DNA of 64,000 nt from Pseudomonadota bacterium. GTDB lineage: Bacteria; Pseudomonadota; Gammaproteobacteria; Enterobacterales; Alteromonadaceae. Below are positions 49,754 through 58,547 of this stretch, piece after piece (position 1 is the first letter of the stretch; every line of letters begins with the position of its first letter). Under the pieces are notes generated by a model. It saw only the letters and a program-made list of their open reading frames with translations. It was not told where the DNA came from and made no database searches. The DNA lies in the NCBI GenBank assembly GCA_051745385.1, contig JBNJDZ010000007.1, positions 3,235 to 67,234 on the forward strand, given 5' to 3'. The position numbers and the translations under genes were made by a program.

Positions 49754-51589
49754 TTAGTGCAGTGCTCGTATGTCTTTACATAGTTTTTCATTGGCTTGCC
49801 GCTGCGAAAGCCCGCCCCAGCATTGGCCGAGTTGTTTTAGTGTTATGTCTGGCTTGCAGATTAACGATGTTAACCTGTGGTCGGGATATTGCCAGTAAAG
49901 CCATTGTGCTAAGGCAAAGTGTGCGGCATCGAAGGGAATTGTATGGCGAGTATAAGCGTCGAGCATCTGGGCTCTTATTTCGCTAAAATTTTTGGTGGAA
50001 GCTAACGCACCTATACCTTCAGACAGCCATTGCAACTGCTGTTGTCCCCACGCACTGAGGCGTTGCAACTGCTGCGAGTTGTTCGTGCTAAGCGAGCAAA
50101 CATAAATAGCGGCAGGGCGGGCAGAAACAGAATCAATACGACTGCTTATACGCCATGGAGCGTAACTGTTCTTCCGCCAAAAGTTATCGAGCTCTGTTGA
50201 CCAGGAAAAACTGGTTCCTAATATTTGAAAGTGATTCTCCCTGGCCCACTCAGAAACTTCAGCGAGTAATGTTGAAGCGTATTTGCGGCGACGGTTGTCG
50301 GTTGGCACCGCTATTCGTGCTATACGCAACCAGGATAAATCGAAAGCCCATTCTTGCTGCAGGAAATACCCAATAGCCTGGGGAAGTAAATTACCTTTCG
50401 GGCGCCGCCGCCCCTGTTTAATATCGTGCTTTAGTGGTGCGGCTATAGGGCCTTCAGCCATTAACCAGGCAACCGCAGTAACCTTACCTTGCTCTATGCT
50501 ATAGGCAATTTTATGTAACGGCTCAGTTAGTAATAGGTTCAAATCGTTAGGACTGCTCTGATAGTGAGCATTGAGCAACAGTTGAAAGCACTGTTGTAAG
50601 AGGCTTTCTTCAAGTTCAGACGCGTGTTTTATATAGGTGCCTGTGACAGCTTCAGCTTGGCCAACCAAGGGCTGCTCGTTTAACAAAAACGTTTCTGTTA
50701 GCCATTGTTCTAGCGGGTCATCGACAGGCCAGCGCAGGGGCTGAGTCAGCTGGTGGATAGCAACCCCGGGCAAGCTTTTCTTAGCCCAGTCAGTAAAGTG
50801 CACAGCAAAGCCACGGCCACAGCCTTCATACCCGGCTACTGTGGTGGCAAGCAGCCATGGAGTGAACTTTTTGCAAAGCCTTTCGGTTGCCCAAAGCGGC
50901 AAGCCCGCGGCTTCATCAATAATTAACTGTTTGTCGGGCGCATCTGGTTGTTCAAGGAGCTTATCCCAGGCGACAAACTTAGCCTGAGGGGCTTGTTGCA
51001 GTAAGACTTTGGCGTTGGCTTTTCGTGGTGCGGTGACAATAACAGAGCTTTTATTCTTTGTATGGGCAAGAGCCTGACCCAGTAACGTGCTTTTACCGCG
51101 CCCGCGTTCGGCCGTTATGATGTGAGTTACCGGCTTACTTTTAGCACCTGAACTGGCGTCATCAATTGCCTCCAGAATGTCACTTTGCCCGGATGTCAGT
51201 TTAAGCTTATTACCTGTCGGTAGTGGTTCAGTAGACATTTCAGGGGAAAGGTCAGCGGCAGCATTGTTCCAGTACTTTAAAGCAAAATACTCCATGCGCT
51301 GACTCATGGCATTGGATTTTTCAGGTAGCAATATAGATAAGAGTCCGCCGGCGGTTACGGTTCCGCAAAGAGCTGCAATGGCGTCAGCATGCAAACCGTC
51401 ACTGCAATCTATAAATACACATTCAAATTCATGGCCCAGGTAGTCACGATAACGTGAGAGCGCAGCATCTGCTTGTTTATCCTTGTCTGATAAATAGATA
51501 GAAAGGCTGGAGCGAGCCTGGCAATGTTGTTGCCATAGGCTCGCATTTCGCAGCAGTTCAAGTTTTCTGTAACCGCTGCGTTTGGACAT
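49754..51589 (-). CDS. tmcA: tRNA(Met) cytidine acetyltransferase TmcA
   Basis: Helicase-type Walker A AERGRGKST is present, together with TTVAGYEGCGRGF (compare E. coli TTVQGYEGTGRGF as I recall it) and a GNAT domain (RIARIAV). The length is 611 aa. Confidence 0.85.
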   Translation of the reverse strand: MSKRSGYRKLELLRNASLWQQHCQARSSLSIYLSDKDKQADAALSRYRDYLGHEFECVFIDCSDGLHADAIAALCGTVTAGGLLSILLPEKSNAMSQRMEYFALKYWNNAAADLSPEMSTEPLPTGNKLKLTSGQSDILEAIDDASSGAKSKPVTHIITAERGRGKSTLLGQALAHTKNKSSVIVTAPRKANAKVLLQQAPQAKFVAWDKLLEQPDAPDKQLIIDEAAGLPLWATERLCKKFTPWLLATTVAGYEGCGRGFAVHFTDWAKKSLPGVAIHQLTQPLRWPVDDPLEQWLTETFLLNEQPLVGQAEAVTGTYIKHASELEESLLQQCFQLLLNAHYQSSPNDLNLLLTEPLHKIAYSIEQGKVTAVAWLMAEGPIAAPLKHDIKQGRRRPKGNLLPQAIGYFLQQEWAFDLSWLRIARIAVPTDNRRRKYASTLLAEVSEWARENHFQILGTSFSWSTELDNFWRKNSYAPWRISSRIDSVSARPAAIYVCSLSTNNSQQLQRLSAWGQQQLQWLSEGIGALASTKNFSEIRAQMLDAYTRHTIPFDAAHFALAQWLYWQYPDHRLTSLICKPDITLKQLGQCWGGLSQRQANEKLCKDIRALH

Positions 51590-51590
51590 G

Positions 51591-53009
51591 CTAGAAAATA
51601 GAGATTGCGAAGAACTTAGTGAGCACGGTGTTTATGAAGACCGTGGCCAATATCAATGGGATAAAGGTGCAAATGGATAAACGCACGTATTTAGCCAATA
51701 GCGTATCCGGATACCCGGGGTTACCCTCGGCCAGTTCAGCATCCAGATTCTTGCGGCGCCAGTGAAAGCTGACAAACAAGCAAATCAGCAGGCCGTTCAG
51801 TGGCAGAATGGTATCGTAGAAAACGTCATAGATAACATCAAAAACCGACTTAGAGCTGTCTGCGTAGAAAGTAAACTCGGTAAATGCCGGAACAAAACCA
51901 AAAGAGGTGGCGGCAATAAGCGTTAAAATGGTAACGGCGATACCCATAAACAACAGGGCTTTTTTACGGCTGATCTTGGCTTGCTCAATAACCGCTGCGG
52001 TCGGAACTTCAAGAATTGAAACCAATGAAGTAATGGCTGCAATAAAGGTCAGAAGAAAGAAGACAGTCGCAGCAATACTTGCTCCTACATAACCGACAAC
52101 GCTCTCAAGCGCGATGAAGATTTGCGGGAAGAACGAGAAAATCATGCTAACCGATGAATCACTTAATGCGTCCGGGTCAGTATTTGGGTTGATGGCAAAT
52201 ATTGCCGGCAGCGTCATTAAACCGGCAGTAAAGGCTACCGCGGTATCTGTTAATGCGACCAGTTTACCTGAAGTAACAATGTCATCGCGACGGCTAAAGT
52301 AAGAGCCATAAGTAATTAAAATACCCATGCCCAGAGAAAGCGAGAAGAACGCTTGTGCTAAAGCGCCGTTAATTACTGAGCCGTCAATTTTTGAAAAGTC
52401 AGGAACTAAATAAAATTCCAGTCCGAGTACGGCGTTATCCAGCGAAAGAACAAAGATAACCAGCAGAATGAGCATAATGAACAGCGCTGGCATAAGGAAT
52501 TTAGCCGCTTTTTCTATACCCTGGCGAACCCCGCCAATCAAAATAACGTTAATAATGATAGTGACAGCGACAAGAAAGCCTACAAAACCGTAGTCGTTAA
52601 CGAACTGAGAAAAATACTCCGGATTGGCAAGCATATCGAGGTTACCCATGATGGAATGCCACAGGTAACCAAATATCCAGACAGTAATGACCATGTAGAA
52701 AACGGCGATCATGAACGGCGTAATCACCGCCAGTAAGCCTGCAAGGTGCCACCCTTTATTATTTGGGGATAAAGCTTTATAGGAACCGAGAGGACTTTTT
52801 TGTGCGCGACGGCCGAGGCCCATTTCGGCAAGCATGACCGGTATACAGATAAAAGCAACGAACAAAGCATAGATAATTAAAAATGCACCGCCACCGTTTT
52901 TGGTGGCAGCAACCGGGAAGCCAACCAGGTTGCCAATGCCGACAGCAGAACCTGCTGCCGCTAATATAAATCCAATCTTAGAGCTAAATTGATCGCGTTG
53001 TTCGCTCAT
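51591..53009 (-). CDS. Sodium-dependent transporter, SNF (neurotransmitter:sodium symporter) family
   Basis: The N-terminus FSSKIGFILAAAGSAVGIGNLVGFP is typical of the NSS family. It has about 12 TM segments and is 472 aa long. Confidence 0.88.
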   Translation of the reverse strand: MSEQRDQFSSKIGFILAAAGSAVGIGNLVGFPVAATKNGGGAFLIIYALFVAFICIPVMLAEMGLGRRAQKSPLGSYKALSPNNKGWHLAGLLAVITPFMIAVFYMVITVWIFGYLWHSIMGNLDMLANPEYFSQFVNDYGFVGFLVAVTIIINVILIGGVRQGIEKAAKFLMPALFIMLILLVIFVLSLDNAVLGLEFYLVPDFSKIDGSVINGALAQAFFSLSLGMGILITYGSYFSRRDDIVTSGKLVALTDTAVAFTAGLMTLPAIFAINPNTDPDALSDSSVSMIFSFFPQIFIALESVVGYVGASIAATVFFLLTFIAAITSLVSILEVPTAAVIEQAKISRKKALLFMGIAVTILTLIAATSFGFVPAFTEFTFYADSSKSVFDVIYDVFYDTILPLNGLLICLFVSFHWRRKNLDAELAEGNPGYPDTLLAKYVRLSICTFIPLILATVFINTVLTKFFAISIF

Positions 53010-53259
53010 TCTGAACCTTCTTTTCTCGTTATTGTTTTAACGCCTTTTAAGCGCTGCCGTTCAGCAAATTGCAGCAATCCTAGCAAGGTGGCAATTTAAC
53101 GGCAAGCAGCTAATCAGTGATTGTGCGGCAGAATGCGGGAAATTAAGTTTAAAAACAAAATTTATTTTAACATCCATTACAATTGCAATATTGGAATTTG
53201 TTAAAAATAAGATAACCTTTTTATAACTCAGTTTTAACACGCTGGTAAATACAGGGAAT

Positions 53260-54381
53260 TTAGCTCTCTGGAACAGATTGGCGTCTTTTTACCAGCGTGT
53301 TTCCTTTCATTGAGTTTTCCCATTGCTGCATTTCAAATAGACGAGAAACGCACCGTCTGAAAGGAAATTCTAACTGCTTTGCCTGATACAACTTATCGAT
53401 ATCGGTTTCTGCGGTCAGTATTAGCAGACACTTTTTGTCATAGCATTCGTCAACCAAAGCGATAAAACGACGTGCTTCATTATCCAGTTTACTGACGCTA
53501 TTGGCTTGATGTTCACGTTGATAAGTTTCCTCAACACCATGTACCAGGTCTTTATCGGGCAGATAGGAAAATGTGGGCACGCCATGCACGGCAATTGCAC
53601 TATATTGAGCTGCTAACTCCATGTAGTCGCGTTGGCTTCTGGGGCCTGAACAAAGTGCCATAAACTCAAAGCCAATGACGTTATCGTTTCGCCATAGAGA
53701 GTGAATGTCTCGGTTCATCACAGAAATAGATGAGGACAGGAGAGTCTTTCCAAACTGCTTTTCTGCGACTGAACGCAACTGCTTTTGAGTTCCCTGTTTG
53801 AGGTAGAAAGGCAGGTTCGTACTCTCAAGTCGCCGGTAGTCGATGCCCAGGCCTAAGTCCAGACATTCACATTCTGTGTTCAGTAAGTGGATTGTAGGTT
53901 CAAAACGGTGACGCGCTAAACCACCTTTGTAAAGCTCATTGGGCGGTGCGTTTGAAGTGGTTATTAAGGTAACACCGTTATTGAATAGAGCTTCCCATAA
54001 TCGAGCCAGAATCATTGCATCACCAATGTCTTCGACAAAAAATTCGTCAAGACAAATAACCGAATATTGCCGGGACCAGGAACTTGCAATTGCTTTCATA
54101 GGGTCGGGTTCACCCTGTTGCTGGTTAAGGGCTGTGTGGATCTTAGCCATAAAGTGGTGATAGTGCAGACGTATGGCTTCGTTCTTCGGAAGGTGTTGGT
54201 AAAACAAGTCCATTAAAAGCGTTTTACCACGCCCCACAGGACCGAACAGGTAAAGGCTTTGTGGTTGATTGCCTTTGGCAAGCGAGTCCAGCCGCTGTTG
54301 CAGTGCGTTCACAGCACTCTGTTGGTGACTATCGGGCTGAAGTGACCCAGACTGAATACGCTGCTGATAGATTTTTTGCAT
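53260..54381 (-). CDS. zapE: Cell-division ATPase ZapE (AFG1-like, 373 aa)
   Basis: Walker A GPVGRGKT and Walker B VICLDEFFV are present. The start was trimmed from the 433-aa ORF to the ATG at 54381 (MQKIYQQRIQSG), giving an E. coli-like length. Confidence 0.85.
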   Translation of the reverse strand: MQKIYQQRIQSGSLQPDSHQQSAVNALQQRLDSLAKGNQPQSLYLFGPVGRGKTLLMDLFYQHLPKNEAIRLHYHHFMAKIHTALNQQQGEPDPMKAIASSWSRQYSVICLDEFFVEDIGDAMILARLWEALFNNGVTLITTSNAPPNELYKGGLARHRFEPTIHLLNTECECLDLGLGIDYRRLESTNLPFYLKQGTQKQLRSVAEKQFGKTLLSSSISVMNRDIHSLWRNDNVIGFEFMALCSGPRSQRDYMELAAQYSAIAVHGVPTFSYLPDKDLVHGVEETYQREHQANSVSKLDNEARRFIALVDECYDKKCLLILTAETDIDKLYQAKQLEFPFRRCVSRLFEMQQWENSMKGNTLVKRRQSVPES

Positions 54382-54408
54382 GGACTTATTATCGCGAAAA
54401 GCCAGGGT

Positions 54409-54435
54409 AAAAAGAAGCCGGCTGAGGAAGCCGGC
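54409..54435 (-). terminator. Rho-independent terminator after the thioredoxin-TPR gene
   Basis: On the minus strand: GCCGGCT-tcctc-AGCCGGC followed by TTCTTTTT. It lies 23 nt downstream of the stop codon. Confidence 0.7.
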
Positions 54436-54457
54436 CAAAGTTGCTAGTGAACAGCCA

Positions 54458-55309
54458 TTAATACATAGTGCTGTACAGTTTTCTACGATAGGTCGCTGCC
54501 AGAGGATCACCATCCGGTAATGAGTTGATAATGTCGAGGGCGTATTTTTTTGCATCAGCAAAGTTCACGTCTTTGGCTAACACGGTGAAAACCAGTTCTA
54601 AGGCTTCTTCATCGCGGTGCGCTTCATGAAGTTTAAGAGCAAGCTGCAGTTTTAGAGATAAATCGTCTGGTTGACTCTCGACCTGCTCCTGCAGAGCCCT
54701 TAGTTCCGGTGAGTCAGCGGCGTCTTCGGCAAGTTCAAGTTTGCCTTTTATGCGCTGATAGTCGCCGTCTTGTTCAACCATAGGAATTTTAGTGACCAGT
54801 TCTTTTGCCTGATCCAGGCGGCCAGCATCAACAGCTGCTTCGGCGAGCAGCTTCAATGCCTGCATATTGTTACTGTCGATATCGTAAGCTTGCTTTGCCA
54901 GGGTATAAGCTTTGTTCGCATCGCCTTCGCCCATTGCGGTTTGAGCTTGTTGAACCAGGTCGTCAGACGGACTGGGCAGATGTTTATCCAGTATCTCGCG
55001 TATTTCGCCTTCCGTTTTTACACCGCCAAAACTGTCTACCGGCTGACCATCTTTAAAAAAGGCGACCGTAGGCAAGCTTTGAATACCAAACTGCATTGCC
55101 AGCTCTTGCTGCTCATCACAGTTTATCTTGGCGAGGATAACTTGGTCACTGTATTGCGAGGCCAGTTTTTCCAGTACTGGCATGAGCTGTTTGCAGGGTT
55201 CACACCAGTCCGCCCAAAAATCGATAATAATGAGTTTTTCTTTTGAACCTTCCAGTAAAACCTGCTGGAAGTTTTGCAAGTCAACGTTAACGATATTGGA
55301 TTCGGACAT
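54458..55309 (-). CDS. Thioredoxin-domain plus TPR co-chaperone (CnoX/YbbN-like) with intact CXXC
   Basis: Has an N-terminal Trx fold with WADWCEPCKQL and a C-terminal TPR-like helical domain. The length is 283 aa. Confidence 0.85.
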   Translation of the reverse strand: MSESNIVNVDLQNFQQVLLEGSKEKLIIIDFWADWCEPCKQLMPVLEKLASQYSDQVILAKINCDEQQELAMQFGIQSLPTVAFFKDGQPVDSFGGVKTEGEIREILDKHLPSPSDDLVQQAQTAMGEGDANKAYTLAKQAYDIDSNNMQALKLLAEAAVDAGRLDQAKELVTKIPMVEQDGDYQRIKGKLELAEDAADSPELRALQEQVESQPDDLSLKLQLALKLHEAHRDEEALELVFTVLAKDVNFADAKKYALDIINSLPDGDPLAATYRRKLYSTMY

Positions 55310-55391
55310 TAGCTGCGTGCGCTCCTGTAGATATTTTATTTCACTAAACTGTTACTAGTGATATGCAGACGCACCAGCTGAATTTCAATGC

Positions 55392-56765
55392 CTAGGAACT
55401 AAACCAGGATAAGATTTTGTCCTTAAACTTGCTATAAGGTGGGTAGCGCAAGGTAACATCAAACCGAAAGCTGCGCTTCATAACTGGCTTTAAATGGCTG
55501 AACGTATCGAACCCCCACTTGCCATGGTAGCGACCCATACCACTGCGGCCAACGCCGCCAAATGGCAGTTTGTCGTTAAGCATAAACATGAGTGTGTCGT
55601 TATAGCACACGTTTCCAGCAGAAACTTTTTCAGTGAATAAGGTGAGTAGCCGTTGAGTGTTACTAAAGACATAAAGCGCAAGCGGTTTAGGATGGCGATG
55701 GATTTTCTCAATCGCATCTGCCGCTGACTTAATGGTAATAACAGGAAGTATTGGGCCAAAAATCTCTTCCTGCATCAGGGCGCTGTCTTCTTTAACACCA
55801 TCGACTATGGTTGGTGCTATATAACGCTCCGCTTTATCAAAGCCGCCTCCAATAGCAATGTTTTCTTGGTCCAGCATTTGTGTGAGGCGCTGCCAATGTC
55901 CCTGGTGAATTATTCTGCCATAACAGTCACTGTTCTGTGGGTCATCACCGTAAAAGTTGACCAGCTCCTGTTGCATAGCGCTAATCAGTTGTTCTTTTAC
56001 ACTGTCTTCGACCAGTACGTAGTCAGGTGCAATACAGGTTTGACCGGCATTCAGGAATTTACCCCAGACAATACGTCGGGCTGCTACCTGAATAGGTGCA
56101 TCGGCTAAAACTACCGCGGGACTTTTGCCGCCAAGTTCAAGCGTTACGGGTGTTAAATTTTCAGCTGCCGCTGCCATAATTGATTTAGCGGCATGTTCAC
56201 CACCGGTATAGAAAATGTGGTCAAAAGGCAGTGTTGTCAGCTGCTGTGACTCGGTCGCTGCGCCGGTCACCATTTTTATGGCGGAGTTATCCAGATAGTC
56301 GGGAAGTTGGCGGGATAATAAATCTGCCGTTGCAGATGCATGCTCTGATGGCTTAATTAAAGCACAATTACCCGCTGCGATAGCTGCCACTAAAGGCGCT
56401 AAAAGTAGCTGCAAAGGGTAGTTCCAGGCACCTAAAATTAATACTGTACCTAAAGGTTCAGGGACTAACTGGCTTTTAGCGGGCCAGGCGAGTAACGGAT
56501 TTCCGACTTTACGAGCTTTGCTCCATTTCGGTAAGGCTTTTATAGTGTGTTTAATATCGTTTTGCAGAAACTGTAATTCAGTTAAGCGCGCTTCACTCGG
56601 GTGTTTGTTCAGATCTTTTTTTAGTGCTTCCAGCACAAGTTTTTCATTTTCATCCAGGAAGCGTTGAAGTTGTTTAAGCTGATTTAAACGCCACGACAGC
56701 GGACGTGTGAGTCCGCTGTCGAAATGGCTTTTTAGCTGTTTAAATGTACTTTCGAATGGGTTCAT
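55392..56765 (-). CDS. Aldehyde dehydrogenase, class 3-like
   Basis: ALDH motifs ELGGKSP and the catalytic Cys region (NAGQTCIAPDY) are present. The length is 457 aa. The start overlaps the upstream ALDH stop (ATGA). Confidence 0.88.
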   Translation of the reverse strand: MNPFESTFKQLKSHFDSGLTRPLSWRLNQLKQLQRFLDENEKLVLEALKKDLNKHPSEARLTELQFLQNDIKHTIKALPKWSKARKVGNPLLAWPAKSQLVPEPLGTVLILGAWNYPLQLLLAPLVAAIAAGNCALIKPSEHASATADLLSRQLPDYLDNSAIKMVTGAATESQQLTTLPFDHIFYTGGEHAAKSIMAAAAENLTPVTLELGGKSPAVVLADAPIQVAARRIVWGKFLNAGQTCIAPDYVLVEDSVKEQLISAMQQELVNFYGDDPQNSDCYGRIIHQGHWQRLTQMLDQENIAIGGGFDKAERYIAPTIVDGVKEDSALMQEEIFGPILPVITIKSAADAIEKIHRHPKPLALYVFSNTQRLLTLFTEKVSAGNVCYNDTLMFMLNDKLPFGGVGRSGMGRYHGKWGFDTFSHLKPVMKRSFRFDVTLRYPPYSKFKDKILSWFSS

Positions 56766-58219
56766 CCAAGTCCGCCAAGAGTCACTGTTTTTAACTCAAG
56801 GTATTCGTCGATACCATATTTAGAACCTTCACGACCAACGCCGGACTCTTTAATTCCGCCAAACGGGTTGTAGGCGTGTGAAATTCCACCGGTGTTAACA
56901 CCAACCATGCCATATTCAAGCGCTTCGCTGACGCGGAAAATACGAGCTGTGTCTTTTGCTGCAAAGTAAGAGGCCAAACCAAAAGGCGTGTTATTCGCTT
57001 TCTCGATGCCTTCTTCTTCGCTTTCAAAGGTGTTGATAGCCACTACCGGACCAAAAATTTCTTCTTCGCTGATGTCCATATCGTCAGTGACGCCAGTTAA
57101 TACCGTTGGAGCATAGAACAAATCGCCGAGTTCGGTCATCACAGAACCGCCAGTTTCTATGGTTGCACCATCGGATTTCGCTGACAGTACCAGCCGCTGA
57201 ACTTTATCAACTGCATCTTGATCGATCAGTGGACCTAAGTCGACGCCTTCTTCAGTGCCGGGTCCCACTTTCAGGCCTTTTACCTTACTGACAACCGCAT
57301 CTGTAAACTTCTCGGCGACAGACTGTTGTACCAGTATTCTGTTGGCTGATACGCAGGTTTGGCCACCGTTACGGAATTTGCACGCAATAAGTTGTTCGGC
57401 TGCGTGTTCAATATCGGCGTCATCAAAGACAATGAAAGGGGCATTACCTCCAAGCTCTAATGACAGTTTGGTTACGTGCTCTGAACACTGTTGCATTAAA
57501 ATTTTGCCAACCCCGGTTGAGCCGGTAAATGACAATTTGCGAACCTTAGGAGAGGTAGCCAAACGTTTGCCGACTGTTTTTGCGTCGCTGGTCGGAATAA
57601 TATTAATGACACCGTCGGGAATACCCACTTCACTGGCTAACTGCGCCAGGGCAAGGCTGGATAGAGGTGTTAGCTGAGGCGGCTTAACCACGATAGTGCA
57701 GCCTGCTGCCAATGCCGGTGCTATTTTGCGGGTGATCATGGCATTAGGGAAGTTCCACGGAGTAATGGCTGCACAGACACCCACGGGTTCTTTAGTTACC
57801 ATTACGCGCTTGCTGCTGTCAGCGTTAGGCAATATATCACCATCGATGCGTTCAGCCTCACCGGCAAACCAATCGACAAAGCTAGCACCGTACTCTACCT
57901 CGCCAACGGCTTCAGCGACGGGCTTGCCTTGCTCTGCACTCATTAATTCCCCCAGAGCCTGCTTGTTATCCATCATGGCTTCGTACCATTTACGCAGCAG
58001 TAACGCGCGCTCGCGGGCAGTCTTCTTACGCCAGCTTTTTAAAGCGGTTTCAGCAACATTGATAGCGCGTTGCGTTAGATCCTCGTCGGCGTCAGCCACT
58101 TCGGCTAACACATCGCCGGTTGCCGGATTGGTAACTGAGAAACGCTTGTCTGTAGGAACCCAGTGACCTTCGATAAAGCAATCTTTCTTAGTCAACGATG
58201 ACATAGAATGTGCTGACAT
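56762..58219 (-). CDS. gabD: NAD(P)+-dependent succinate-semialdehyde dehydrogenase-like aldehyde dehydrogenase
   Basis: ITPWNFP, ELGGNAPFIVF, RNGGQTCVSANR and the overall similarity resemble GabD/SSADH. A GGAGG Shine-Dalgarno sequence lies 5 nt upstream of the ATG at 58219. Substrate is not provable from sequence. Confidence 0.8.
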   Translation of the reverse strand: MSAHSMSSLTKKDCFIEGHWVPTDKRFSVTNPATGDVLAEVADADEDLTQRAINVAETALKSWRKKTARERALLLRKWYEAMMDNKQALGELMSAEQGKPVAEAVGEVEYGASFVDWFAGEAERIDGDILPNADSSKRVMVTKEPVGVCAAITPWNFPNAMITRKIAPALAAGCTIVVKPPQLTPLSSLALAQLASEVGIPDGVINIIPTSDAKTVGKRLATSPKVRKLSFTGSTGVGKILMQQCSEHVTKLSLELGGNAPFIVFDDADIEHAAEQLIACKFRNGGQTCVSANRILVQQSVAEKFTDAVVSKVKGLKVGPGTEEGVDLGPLIDQDAVDKVQRLVLSAKSDGATIETGGSVMTELGDLFYAPTVLTGVTDDMDISEEEIFGPVVAINTFESEEEGIEKANNTPFGLASYFAAKDTARIFRVSEALEYGMVGVNTGGISHAYNPFGGIKESGVGREGSKYGIDEYLELKTVTLGGLG

Positions 58220-58337
58220 AGTGCCTCCAAATTTGAAAAACTCTCTAATAATGTAGGCAATATAAAGAGAAATGGTTCAACTTTTTCGATGATTTTGGCA
58301 GAAATTGATGTGTTTGGTGAAAATAAGCGCAAATACA

Positions 58338-58365
58338 TTGCGTTCCTGGTAAAAAGACGTATAAT
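58338..58365 (+). promoter_or_regulatory. Putative sigma70 promoter of deaD (TTGCGT-16 bp-TATAAT)
   Basis: The -35 is at 58338-58343 and a perfect -10 at 58360-58365. This predicts a leader of about 175 nt before the deaD ATG. Confidence 0.45.
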
Positions 58366-58547
58366 CCGCCGTTCCTCAAGGAACACCGCATAACTGATGA
58401 GGCAGCGGTCACCCTTGATTCGTGGGGTTGCAGCGCCTGATTCCAGTCCAGACAGTTTAGAGACTGAATACTGATTCCTGTTGCCGGGCCATAACCCCTT
58501 TTTTGTTATGTTTGCCAACGGGCAAACGGGAATAAAGTGAGACAAAT

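Noticed and set aside
53133-53204. A 23-codon ORF (MREIKFKNKIYFNIHYNCNIGIC) in the AT-rich region upstream of the SNF transporter.
   Set aside because: It has no convincing Shine-Dalgarno sequence and lies on the strand opposite to both flanking genes. Its composition simply reflects AT-rich promoter DNA. There is no evidence that it is a real small protein.
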